DNA of 63,091 nucleotides, filler included, from Choristocarpus tenellus KU-1152 (taxonomy: Eukaryota; Protista; Phaeophyceae), in the NCBI GenBank assembly GCA_964200185.2. It is 14 parts of 14 records of this genome, joined end to end, with 100 filler letters (N's around TTAATTAATTAA, not from the genome) between each part and the next. Parts side by side here need not be neighbours in the genome. Positions count along the whole stretch, not along the records: positions 24,006 to 26,684 come from CAXNAD020025713.1; positions 26,785 to 29,909 come from CAXNAD020022146.1; positions 30,010 to 33,930 come from CAXNAD020017137.1; positions 34,031 to 37,506 come from CAXNAD020019777.1; 10 more parts are not named here. The stretch is one strand, 5' to 3'. This document shows, in pieces, positions 24,937 to 37,103 of this stretch. Position 1 is the first letter of the stretch. Each line of letters starts with the position of its first letter. The notes below the pieces were generated by a model. That model did no database searches. It was not told the DNA's origin and saw nothing but the letters and a program-made list of their open reading frames with translations. A program made the position numbers and the translations under genes.

Positions 24937-27174
24937 GTGAGAGTAGAGATCGGTGTTGATATTCCACTACTATTCTTTTATTGTTTGTAGTTGTGAGCCT
25001 GTGCCGGATTGGGTTTGCTTTGTGCGTGCTTGATGCAAAGGCATTTTTGAGGCCAGGTATGAGTTTGAGTGTGTGTTGTAGTTTCTTGTGCAGATGCACC
25101 GGGGCGGTTGTATAGTGTACTCTGGAGTTTGTATATATTTGTGGATGTTTTACTCGTGATGTGGGTATGTAACGCGCATGGTGTTCGATGGGAGATCGCA
25201 TCGATACAAGTTTGAAAGCATCGATACAAGATTGAAAGCTTGAGGCGAAATTATTATTATACACCAATGTATGGCCTCTCACCCCACACCTGCTGGCAGT
25301 GGTAGGACACTTGCTTACTTACGTCCCAGTTTAACGGTGCGGTTGTGTTTGATGCACTTTTTTTGGTGCCTCGACATTAGGGTTATAGGGTTAAGGTTAG
25401 GGTGAAGGTTAGGGTTGGCATTTGAAAAAAAAAAGACAAAAAAAAAAACCATTCTCATTGTGTTCATTTTTTTTATTGGTATGACAGCTATTGCAGATGC
25501 GTCAAACCTATGCACGCCTATACCCAGGTGCTCCAGCGAAAGATTTGCGAGGCCTGATTGCCTATCTAACCCTAACCCTAACCCTAGCAACCTCTTATGA
25601 TGTTTTGAGCCCTTGAAGTATGTGGTTCCTTGTGATGCTGGTCTCCTGCCATAGCAGTTGTTGTACTGTACCTTCACCACCTTGGTTTGTCACAGTCGGT
25701 GGAACTCGTGTGCTGAGTAGGTGATTGATCGTTCAGGACTGTTTCCGGTTGGCGTTTTTTTCAAGAGGTATTTATTTGTATCGTGCAACAGTAGAGTGGA
25801 GTGCCCACTTTAAGGCAGCTTTTTGATTTTACCCTGTACGCATATAGGGTTAGGGTAAAATAGTCTCTACTTTTTCGACCATTGAGGGTTTTTCTGCAGT
25901 GGAGCGGTTGGTCCGTCCAAAAGGGGACATTGCACACGCCTGCCAAGCCCTTTTTTCGGAAGCTCCTATTGGTTGAGCTGGCTGGACCACCAGACCTCAA
26001 AAACATGCCAAGTGCAGAAGAGGAGAAACGGCTTTGTCGGGATTTGGCCCCTGGCCCACCAGACTTTTCATCCAAATGTGGGGGGTCATTTCCATGGTAG
26101 TTTCTTTGATAAAGAGGCGTATTTTAATGGGGAGATGGAGAGGAGGTGTGCTGCATGTGTGCCTCTGACCCCTGTAGGTGGTGTCAAAAAAAGAAGTGGG
26201 CGAGGCGATGGGAATCAGTCTTGACCTGGAGAGATTGCTCCCGCCTGGGAGAGGGTGAGGGACACACTATGAAGAACAAGAGGTGGTGAGACAAGTGGTT
26301 CCTTGCCTGTCCATGGAGGAAGTAGCAAGAATGCTTGCACTGTTGAAGTTGGTGGTAGAGGAGTGCAGCTTTGGGTCCTGCTAGTGGTTTTGTGCTCTGT
26401 GGTCAAGGTGGCTTTAGTGGAGGTGCAATCTGTCACAGGTGACACTATAGGTCAACGACATGTAGGACTTTGTATGTAGGGATAAGAGTTGATTTTTGTC
26501 CAACTTTTTTGGGTTGTTGCAGTTGTACATTGAGGTTGTGTTCTGATCTGATTAACTCTTCAATATTGAGGTGAAGTGAGGGGCTGGGGGTGTTCTGATT
26601 GATGGATGGGGGGGGTGGGGGGAGAGGGGGGCGGAGGAAGCCATGACATGGGGAGTTTACATAAAGCAGGATAAAGAAAAAGGANNNNNNNNNNNNNNNN
26701 NNNNNNNNNNNNNNNNNNNNNNNNNNNNTTAATTAATTAANNNNNNNNNNNNNNNNNNNNNNNNNNNNNNNNNNNNNNNNNNNNCACATTAGGTGAGAAT
26801 TGTCCTGCTGGTCCCTGACAAAACATATGGGCAGTGGGGGGGGGGGAGGGATACAGGAAAGGAAATTGGGATGATGCACCAGGAGGGCACTATAATGAGC
26901 AAGAGGCCCAGGGAAGAGGAGGCAGCAACCAGAGGCTGTTGATATGGTACAGCCCTCACAAACATGGTATCAGACATCCCAATCGCACACAACATTGGTA
27001 CACACACTTCCGTGACTACCAATAACACAGTGTACAATGAATTAGGATACTAAAAAAGAGGTGGAAAAGCAAAAGATTCCACAACGTGTAAGGACCGATT
27101 ACACCAACAGCAGTGTCATTATTGACAAATATTCCTATTACACCAATGAAAAAGGCTCACTCATGCCTTCTCAC

Positions 27175-29254
27175 CTCTTTGATAGGGGTAGGGCAGCCCT
27201 TGTAACCGATGTTGGTGCAAAAGATCTGGCGTAGAGAGCTGGTGTCAGCCACATCCTCACCATACTGGAGCTTCACCCTCTGTGAAATAGGAAGAGGACA
27301 GCAGTCAGTGGAGGGAGGTGTGAGGGGTGATAGATTTCTGAGAAAAGCTTTCGTGGTTTGGGTTTTGGAAAAAAATAGATGTAAAAAATAGATGTTCTTG
27401 ATAAACGAGCATGCCAATAAAACATGTCTCCTCAATCCGCTGGAGAGATGTAGAATAGACAGCACACCATATTGAAGGTTCTCAAGCATAGGGAACTATT
27501 GAACATAAAAAGACAACCCTTTCATTGGAAGGCGGAGCACAATTCTGATTCACCTGTACAGTACATTATACACAACACGCGCACATCATCCAAAATATAA
27601 ACCTCCAGTTTCTACAAGCTCTACATACTTTGTTATTCTACCCCCCCCAAGCCCTGCCCCATCTACTTCCCACACAAAGATTGAGCCATTGCCGTATCAC
27701 TGCAGGATTGACTCAATAGAAGACTCTTTTCGACACTCTTTTTCATCCAACCGCTGTGTGCCTACACACCCACTTCCATAAATTGGGCAGGGGCGCATGT
27801 GAGAAGATGGGATTCACACCTCCCCGATAGGGAGCACACAGGAGAGATCAAGCTGCGGAAAGCGCTGCAAAAGAGACAGCTTGATCTGTTGCAGTTCATT
27901 GTCAATTGCAGACAAGGTTTCCGCGGAGAGCTCATCGAAGTTATCGTCTGGAAAAAAAAGAAAATGCAACAGTCACAGTGGGACACAAAACAAGGTTGGT
28001 TTCAATTGAATGGAAGCACACCAAGTTTGGTGGAGTCACCACCCCTCTCCCCCCTCCCCCCAGAGTCCGCTAATAAACAGCAATTCCTGCTGCACTTCCT
28101 TTTTGATAATGAGATATGCACACCAGATCAACAAAATATTCAAGGAGCAACCAATCACAACCAGCTGTACCATAAGAACAGTTGGGGAATACCATAATAT
28201 ACTATTACTACATGCCATCTCTTTGAACTCACAAAGGGTGAGACCTTTTCGCTCAGCTAACTGAGTCTTGGTGTATGTGCTCTTGCCATCCCAGTCCCAG
28301 AATATGGCATAGTATCTCGCTGAGGTGTGCAAAAACATAACCACAGGGTAAATCAGGGGTGACTTGGGTGTGTGTGCGTGTGTGTGGGGGGGGGATGCTG
28401 AGCATATCACAAAACAACTTGGTATTGGGGGCATACAATACCAAATACTACGCAATAGAAAATTGTCAGTGTTGGTGAAACAGTATGAATAACTGTTAAA
28501 GAAACCAATGACAGTGTAAGGTATTGGACATATACTATCATTGGTAGATATTATATTGGTGGGATACCTTACCACATCATGCCAATCTGCCAATCCCTTC
28601 AATATCTCGTTGTTGATATCTCTTATTTGGCATTAAAATGGCAGTATTTGCTGCTATGATGGGGGGCATCACTGGAGGAGGAAAATGTAGGGGCCACTGC
28701 AGATGGTTTATTAAAGATAAGCCTCCAACCCCACACCATGGGTGCAGCTACAATTCTAGGATACAAACTCCTTGTTAATAGTAACACAACAATGCATGTA
28801 TATACGTTAAAAAAACACAATCCAAATAAGTTAAGGGTTAAAAAAAGTACACCCTTTATTACACAGGGAACAGTGCATTTTCAAAAACATGAAACATGTG
28901 GCACTTGAAATGTCTTCCACACAAAATCCAACTCAATCCCACTCCCCCCCTATCAGCAGCTGCACTTGCCTCACCTATTGTCTCCCATTCACCCTAACCA
29001 CAGTGACTAGGGCATAGATACAAAAGAAAATCATCCTTCTCCCTCATCCACCCCACCTCCTCCTGTGACTCTTGCCCTTGCCTGGATGCAGAATCTGATT
29101 TGACGGGGTGAGGGTTAAGTTGAGGAAGTTTGGCACAGTTCGGCAGGGTATGTCGAACATGGCCTCCACCTTCCTCGACAAGACATCTCGCTGTTCCACT
29201 GGATATGATGCCACATACAGACATTTCTTGGGTCCCACAATAATTGCAGACTTA
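27175..29254 (-). CDS. Opine (tauropine/octopine/nopaline-type) dehydrogenase, partial, 4 exons
   Basis: Exons 29254-29082, 28319-28233, 27947-27820 and 27279-27175 splice in frame to KSAIIVGPKK...PNFLNLTLTPSNQILHPARYYAIFWDWDG...LYDNFDELSAETLSAIDNELQQIK...QYGEDVADTSSLRQIFCTNIGYKGCPTP. The N..HP, WDG and D.SSL...TN.GY motifs fit the NAD-dependent opine dehydrogenase C-terminal domain. Confidence 0.85.
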
Positions 29255-30433
29255 CTGAATGAGAACAAATGGAGATGCATGACCAAGGGAGCGCCAGCGG
29301 TGTTGGTGAGGGTGGGGAGGTATTCATAGGGTTGGATTCATGTTAGGATGCTTAACATGAACAAACTACGCATGTGTGTGAGAGAGGAACCGGGTAAAGG
29401 TGGTTCAGGACAAGAAGGAATTCTATTGCCACAAGAAAAAAAAGGTTGCCTGTTTGACATGTATGTTATCTGTTCCTTTAAGATTGCAGAGAAGACGCTC
29501 TCTTGAAAATGCTGGAATGGATGTGTCGTTTTGTCTTCATATGGACATGGACTGTGCTGTGTTTGCTGACTTCGGTGGTTTTGATTGAGACAAGAGGACA
29601 GTACAAAGTTGGTAACAGAAATGACAGTCACCAATCATTGCAGTGGCAACAAAGTAAAAAAAACAAAACCACCAAAGAAAATTAGTTTCTTTCAGTTTTC
29701 AGCTGAAAAGTGACAACTACAACCCAGAAAAAGTGGATGCCAGTATCTAATTCAGACTAGACAGAACACTCTGCATTGTTTCAGAGAGAGGTGAAGGCTC
29801 CTTGTACACTACAGTCTGTCAACACTCTTGCCATTAAATACAAGCGAGAGAGAGGGGTGGTTGGGGGGGGGGCCTCACCCATAGGTATCTATTCTGCATA
29901 TCCAAGGTANNNNNNNNNNNNNNNNNNNNNNNNNNNNNNNNNNNNNNNNNNNNTTAATTAATTAANNNNNNNNNNNNNNNNNNNNNNNNNNNNNNNNNNN
30001 NNNNNNNNNGAGCAGAAGAACGACCCCACGCCTCGCGTGCACGAAAAACAAAAGCAAAGTCAAAAAAGGGCCCACCCCCCCCACCCCCCCCCCCCCCCCC
30101 CCCCCCCCCACACACACACAAATAGATACACAAAGAAGAAAAAAAGTGATAATTACCCAGTCAACATTTTACTCAAAAAGCTCAAACGATTATACCCCTC
30201 AGGCAGGGTGCTTACAGTGGTTGGTTGGGAAGGAAAAAGCAGTGGAGAGATAACTTATCGGAGGGGGGGGGGGGGGGTTATCCATTTTTGAGAGTAGACT
30301 ACAGTCAACTTAGGGTTAGGGTTAGGGTTTAGAAGCACCAACCCTTTTACTTCAGAGCAATGAGGACGACGGGTTGATTTGTCTCCAATTCTACTTGGTT
30401 TAAGTTGACAGTACAACACAGCAGCGGGGATAA

Positions 30434-30627
30434 TGATAGTGAAACATGATAGTGAAATATGATAGTGAAACATGATAGGGAATATGATAGTGAAACATGA
30501 TAGTGAAATATGGTAGTGAAACATGATAGTGAAATATGATAGTGAAATATGATAGTGATATATGATAGTGAAATATGATAGTAAAAGATGATAGTGAAAT
30601 ATGATAGTGAAACATGATAGTAAAAGA
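30434..30627. repeat. Minisatellite, ~15 x 13-bp TGATAGTGAAA(C/T)A
   Basis: Directly visible head-to-tail units with no spacers. Confidence 0.95.
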
Positions 30628-30765
30628 TGCCGTATGTCGTACTTGCACATGACATGTTTCAATAATATAAGACGATGCTTTGATGGTAGTGGTAGTACAT
30701 GCTGGTTCAATAATACAAGTGGAAGCGAACAATTCCCTGGAGTAGTGGAAGTAAAGGGATGCTTC

Positions 30766-30815
<50 letters not shown>

Positions 30816-30918
30816 CGAAGTATTGAACATCCCTCCAACCCTATATGCCTAACACAAATGTATGTATATATGTTGATGTATGTTTGCATGCATGTATATG
30901 TATGTATGTATGTTTATG

Positions 30919-30954
<36 letters not shown>

Positions 30955-30985
30955 TTTATGCATTATGTATGTGTGTAGATGTATA
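30766..30985. repeat. (TAA)n and (GTAT)n microsatellites; also (TTA)n at ~31290-31320
   Basis: Directly visible. Confidence 0.9.
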
Positions 30986-31045
30986 GTACCAAATGCAACA
31001 TTCAAGGTATCATCCACATCAGGCATGCAATACACACACACTCAC

Positions 31046-31286
31046 CTCCATCATCACCCATCCCACCACAACCCCCAGCCCGAACAACATCCAGCCCCAC
31101 CCGCGCTATGCCCCAGGCAAGGTTCGATAAGTCGTGAGGCAATGCCTCCTCAACTGTGTTGAGACCCTCTCTCACTAGCTTCCACAAGAGTCTCGGCGGC
31201 CGTACCTCCAAGGTACCATAAGCCCAAGCAAGAATGGAGACATCCTTTGCAGCTAAGTTATCCCCGGGACCAAGAGCACAAACCTG

Positions 31287-31323
<37 letters not shown>

Positions 31324-33801
31324 TTCTATAATTATAATTATTCTATAAAATAGTAGTGATGATTGATTGTTCTAAAACTAGGAATCGACTCCAAGAAAGA
31401 TTCAGATTAAGGAGGTACAGTATCAAGAGGAGAGGAGAGGAGATACTACTTACCAAAACACAGACCTAAGGGCATGGTAGTACTGCCAATGAATCACATT
31501 GCCTCAAATATTATCCTAATCAATCCTACTGACTCAGGCATTTTGTTCACTACTGGCCCTCTACATTCTCCTCTATTTCTTGTGTGAATTCTTATGTACT
31601 TCTTATGTACTTATCTAACTCTTATGTGCACATACTGCATTATGTTGAAGCTGAAAAAAAAATGATGAAAAGAAAAAAAAGTGTTGAAAAGAAAAAAGTG
31701 CTCCAGAGGTAACAATTTCCAGGTAACAAAAATTAAAAAAATCACAAAAATAATAAATAACAAAAAAAAGTCAAGGAAACAATCAACCGGCTCCACAGAG
31801 CAGGATGTTTTCAACAAGAGCGCACTTCCCCCTCGTTGTGTACCATAGCAGTTCACAGCAACAAGTGAGCCCGCTGTATAGCAACACAAGCCGATAGCCC
31901 TGCCAACACCACCAAAAGCAAGACAATAGCAGGTTGACCAATAGCAGTGTTGAACAACGCCGAGAAAGCAACGTACAAAAAAAGAACTGTCACAATTAGA
32001 TCACGGGTCCTTAAACCAAAAAAAATGCGAAACCGCTCTTCTTTTTTTTCACACTTTTTCTCTTCTTTTTTTTTTTAAAGAGCAGTTGCAGAGTCGAGAC
32101 GGCATCACATCACATCACCTTCACAGCAATACCCTCCATGAGCTCTGAGTCAAGCTGACGGTGAACAGCAAACGCCCACGCAAGGTTGGCAACATCCCTC
32201 ACCGTAAGAGAATTTATTTGAGGTTTCACATTCGCTGCAATTGCTCCCAACAGCTCTGGCGAGGACAGTCCCAGCCTGCATTTTTTTTTTTTTGAAGAGA
32301 TGATATACGGAAAACCTCGTAAAAATAAAATAACAATGCTGCGAAGACATGCCATCTAAGGTGATACATGAAGGCGGTGAGTGCGTCGATGGTTCTTAGA
32401 GAAGAGTGTATAAAAATAGAAAACGACGATGCAACTTGTCGGTTTACTCTTTATTTTTTTATCGTAGATTTAAAATTAAAAAAAAATGGATTATTTACTT
32501 CTATTCTTTTTCGAGTCCTTTTTTTTGTTCCGAATGATGAATTGAGAGAAAATTTGATCCACGTTTCGAACAAAAAAAAAATGATATCGGATGCCACTGC
32601 TGTGCTGCTGCACATTCATCTACTTGAAAACAGTGAAAAAAAAAATGGTATTCAAAACATACATGATCATCGATATGTATTTGTTCCTTCACAGGTTCCA
32701 ATCTACGTTTAGTCAATCAATATCCCTAACCCTAACCCTAACCCTAACCCTAATCCTAACCCTAAATTCACGTATTTATTTGTGTACAAAAATACTCGAC
32801 TTAAAATAACTATTTGGGTACACGCATGTAACATCAAGAAGTTGCACATAAAAAAAAATAGTTGACAAGTCAACCTCTACGCCGAAGCAACCAACCTGCC
32901 GCTATACACCAAAAAAAAAGAAAAAAAGATACTCCACTTTCAAAAGACATTTGAAACAAATGCAGAACGCTAGTACAACAGTGGGTCCTCCTCAGCACAA
33001 AAAGGACACGGTGACAGAGTTCACTATAATGGGGAGGCTTTATGCACACACACACCCCCCCGTTCTTCTCGTTTCCATACTTTCTACTCAGCTTCACACA
33101 GACCATAAAAAACAGCACAACATCAACCCAAAAAAACAAACTTACTAAATTACTAAATTACACATGCTATTTTATTACAATGGAGAGACACGGAAAACAC
33201 ACCTTGCATGGGCGTATGCAAACGCCAGGGCCGCAGTAGCCAGATCAGACCCCGTAGCAGCACTCCCAGGCAGTAACACAGAACTATCAGCTGGAACTTC
33301 CTCCTCCTCTCCCCCAACCCTCACATCCCTACTTCCGTCTACCTCTGCCTCTCCATGCATCGCCTCCTGACTCTCCAACAATTCCCCGTGCTCTCTTCCA
33401 CTCGCAGTTGGTGTATTTGACACCACTGGCCTGCTATCTCCTCCCAAAGCCTTGGAGACCAAAGACTCTCCAAGCCCCTCCCCCCCAGCACTAGTGGCAT
33501 GCTCCCCTGTGGGAGTCCCAACGACATCTCGGTCCTCTTCAACCACTCTCCCTGCCTCTGCCCCCGGTGCATCATCCAGCAATGCATCTGCTGCGCCTGA
33601 GGTCTCCTGGTTGATGGCAGAAGATGGAAACTCTCTGTTCTTTTGCTCGGGTGGTTCCAGGGCTGGCCCATAGCCGCTGTCATAAGCTTGGTCAACGGCA
33701 GTTAAGACTGCAGAGTCTCTGAGCCTTGCGGTGAGGATGCGTGCCAACGCCTCCACGAGGCTATCCTCTCTGCGGCCCAGTATCGACAGACCCCACACAA
33801 C
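31046..33801 (-). CDS. OPR/RAP(FASTK)-like helical repeat RNA-binding protein, partial, 3 exons
   Basis: Exons 33801-33203, 32275-32119 and 31283-31046 are phase compatible. The repeats VRDVANLAWAFA, AKDVSILAWAYGTL, PHDLSNLAWGIARVG and VVWGLSILG match the 'PQELSNLAWA.A.LG' octotricopeptide-like consensus. Confidence 0.85.
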
Positions 33802-35422
33802 CTGTTACCACCACAGTGAAAGAGTACAATAAAGAAGCAATGTGAGGGGGTGCATAGAGTAGTGGGGGGGAGGGGGGTAAGGTGGTCACAGTATGTTCTT
33901 GCCAACTGGAGGATTTCAAAAGAGTTCCCGNNNNNNNNNNNNNNNNNNNNNNNNNNNNNNNNNNNNNNNNNNNNTTAATTAATTAANNNNNNNNNNNNNN
34001 NNNNNNNNNNNNNNNNNNNNNNNNNNNNNNAAACTGACCCTAAATGGACAGCCACTACCCCCCCCAGATACTTTAAGCCTCCACCAGTGCCCCTGCATGG
34101 AACACCAGACCCATGCGAAGATTCCTGTCCACTGTGATGGGACTTGCATAGTTGGTGTAGGCGTTTTACCATTGGAGTGTGCTGTCGAACCTGTACCTGC
34201 CCTGGGGCAGGTACGGGCATGTCTGGTATCAACGTTTTGCCTCCTTTACCCTGCCACTGGACACCTGTTTGAGAGGGCCTCCTTCCTCCCTAGGGATCTG
34301 CTGACTGTGAGCTTGAATTCTAGAGGGGGAATCTGGCATACTGGTTCCTGAGGTTGAGTTGAGGCCCATGCGTTTGCTCCTTGTCCACACTGACTCCGGT
34401 GGTGCGCTAGCCAATGAGGAGCTTTCCCTCCCTTGATATGCTTCGCTTGGTAGGCCAGCCAGTTGTGTCCTGAAGAAGTCGAAACGGATCCTGTTCAGGA
34501 GGCGTGTGATTTCGTGTTGGGCCCTTCTCATGATCCTGGCGTCATGAGCCACTAGCGCATGTACCTCTGGGGCAGGTGTAGGGGATGTTGTTCCCTCCCA
34601 GGTTGCGCAGTCTTGGCCAATGACTTCTGCCAGGTCTTCTGAGGGGATACCTGTGGAAAGGAGGGTGAGGATGGACAATCCAAAAGCCTGTATCGTGGGG
34701 CTCGTGCAGACAGCTTGTGATAAGGATTTGCTATGAGGCCCTTGCTGCCTTGCTAGGAGGGTGGGGAGAGTAGCCACCAGCGATCCTACAAAAGCTGCAT
34801 GTTGGCGATGTTTCATAGAGGAGAGGCGCAGACCCCCCGCACTTGTGGGCATCTGTGCCTGTACTTGTTGGTAGGTCTCTAGGCGGAGGGACCCACTGTT
34901 GCATCCTCCCTCAAAGAAATTTGTCGCCTCTGTTGAGTCTTCCACCTCCATCATCCTCTCTAGTGTCCATAGTGAGGTATTACCTGCTTGCTCCATGGTG
35001 GAGCGTGCCAGGAGAAGGAGAGTGACCTTCGCAAGATAGCCTAGGCGAGAGGATAGGGACCAGGAGTTGAGGAGTCAGGCCACCTGTTTGTCCTCCATCT
35101 CGCTGAGGTGTATGGTCAAAGTTCGTGTCCCAGAGCTCTCGATCACCTCAGCCATATGGGCTTGGATGAAGCCATCTGTTCCCACTGGAGCCCCTAATGT
35201 GACAAAATCATTGGGGTTCTGGGCTAGGTTGGTTCCCGCTGCAGAGAGGAGCTCCAGTTCTGAGAGCATGAGTTGGTAGCCCTTGGGAGATGCGGCAAAG
35301 GTCTTGTCCATATTTAGGTCAATGCCTGCCTCATGGAGGTGAGATTTTAAGTGCTCGAAAGCAGCTATGGTGTTAGGGCCGATATCCCTTGCTGATATGG
35401 ATGTGTCGTCCAGGTAGCTTTG

Positions 35423-35680
35423 GATTGAAAGTATCTTAGAGGGTACGATTTTTGCCCTGTTTGTCCATTTGGTGCTTGGCTTCCCTTGGGGTTTTTATGA
35501 CATTTTCCTACTCCAAAATGTTTCGGAGTAGATAAAACTGATACATCCTGAAAAGGCGTGTCCGGAGCAAGAATATTGGCACTTTCTAACAAACACGACA
35601 GCCAAAATTACATCAAAATCGCAACATTGGATTTTGACCCCCAAATGGACACGACTCTACCCTCTAAGATATTTTGACTC
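35423..35680 (-). mobile_element. MITE family A, full length, inserted just upstream of the RT YLDD
   Basis: Both TIRs present; 258 bp; flanks TTTG / TTCG. Confidence 0.93.
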
Positions 35681-35959
35681 TTCGGGAGGAAATCCCTTGG
35701 GGTCCAAAAACAGATTGTACCTGTTGAAGGGCCTTGTGTATTGTTGCCATGCCATATAAGAGGGAGGCAAGAGGGTCTCCCTGTTGTGCCCCTGATCTTG
35801 ATGGCAGAATCTTCATCCCTCCCTCGTCCAGGGGGAGGGAAAGAAGATTGCGGATGTTTCCATATACCTTGGAAACATAAGGCAGGAGTTCTGGTAGAGT
35901 CTCTGGGAGGGCCTGGATGAAAGCTGAGCGACATACACACTGTTGAAAGTATTTCTTCC

Positions 35960-36061
35960 GAGTCAAAGTAAGTATCTTATAGGGTAGAGCCACGTCCATT
36001 TGAGGACCAAAATCCAATGTTGCAATTTTGATGTATTTTGGTCATCGTGTCTGTTCGGTAG
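35960..36061 (+). mobile_element. MITE family A, left 102 bp only, flanked by a TCC duplication
   Basis: TCC|GAGTCAAAGTAAGTATCTTATAGGG...TTCGGTAG|TCC. Confidence 0.85.
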
Positions 36062-36788
36062 TCCGTCTAAACTGACGACCCATTCTCCACGCTCATTCCA
36101 TAGGCGAATATCCAGGAGTGAACGCTCTACTCCTTTTGGTACCCCGACGCCAAATTGTCGTACTCCACCGAAGAATTCCTCCAGGTATGGGTGCCAGTCT
36201 GTGCAGAAAGCTGAAGCACATGCCCTTCTGAAGAAAGACCCGCAGGCAACCGGGTGATACTTCTCCCCAATTGCAGACAGTGTGAAGTTTGTGTGAAGTG
36301 TCCAGAACTCCAGGGGTGGAGAGTCCGAGAAGGTGTAGGCTAGCTCCCAAAGTTTTGCAAATGCCTCTGCCACTTCCTCATGACCAACATCTGTCGTGAT
36401 GGCTGATCTGATGTGGTTAGGGTGCATCCCGTCAGGGCCTGGTGCCGAGTTGCTGTTAGCCCTCATGAAGGCTATTCGAAGTGAGGTGGGGGTGTACTCC
36501 CCTTCCGGGGGGCAGTACCTTTGTTCCCCAGATATTGTATTCCTTTGTGCCCTGTCTTTTGCGTCCGTGATGACCTGCCTAAGCTTATCAGGATCTTCAT
36601 TCGGGTGTTTGGGGACATCTACACTGAAAGTCTCCTCCATCCCTGGGGCTCTGGGTTGTGTAGGGGAGAACACTCACCCCCTTGGAAATTCCTCCATGGT
36701 GGTGATCAAGAGCTGCAGAGCGTTCCTGGCGGGATTTGTGACCCTCTCCAGTGGCCTCCCTACGTCTGCTGTGTGCAAATTACCTTGG

Positions 36789-37103
36789 GAGGTAATGCGG
36801 GAAGATAAGAAGGTGTGAAGCCTCACACGACCCCCTTTGCTGAACGTGATTACATGGTTGTAATTGGAAGAGTGACGTTTGTGTATGGTGTCTTCTAATT
36901 GCTTGTTTATTATTTATTTGTGCTTCCTATCTGAGTCAACGGTCATGTCAAAGTTAGTTGAATTCAGAATAAATACCAATACATAATTTCATACATAATC
37001 TGGACGTACTATTTTATTAGTTACATCACATGGACTCAATTCAACACAACAATCTCATATACACAAAATAAGGTACACCCCGCTATTGTCCTGTTTTTCA
37101 CAT
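36789..37103 (-). mobile_element. Repeat family E inserted in the CRE element
   Basis: AT-rich block interrupting GC-richer coding sequence; homologous to 3579-3812. Confidence 0.7.

Noticed and set aside
25900-26100. Possible next DNAAF11 exon (WSGWSVQK...GSFPW*)
   Set aside because: It has a CAG acceptor and the correct phase but no recognisable similarity; cannot be supported without transcripts.
30434-30627. CRISPR-like array, or the His/Tyr/Ile-rich ORFs (30255-30732)
   Set aside because: Head-to-tail 13-mers without unique spacers, no cas genes, eukaryotic context; the ORFs are repeat translations.
32723-32766. True telomere
   Set aside because: Only ~7 imperfect units, internal to an intron and flanked by unique sequence.
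19059-33801. Functional gene cluster of Dispatched, DNAAF11, opine dehydrogenase and OPR genes
   Set aside because: Each gene is on a separate contig joined by artificial spacers.
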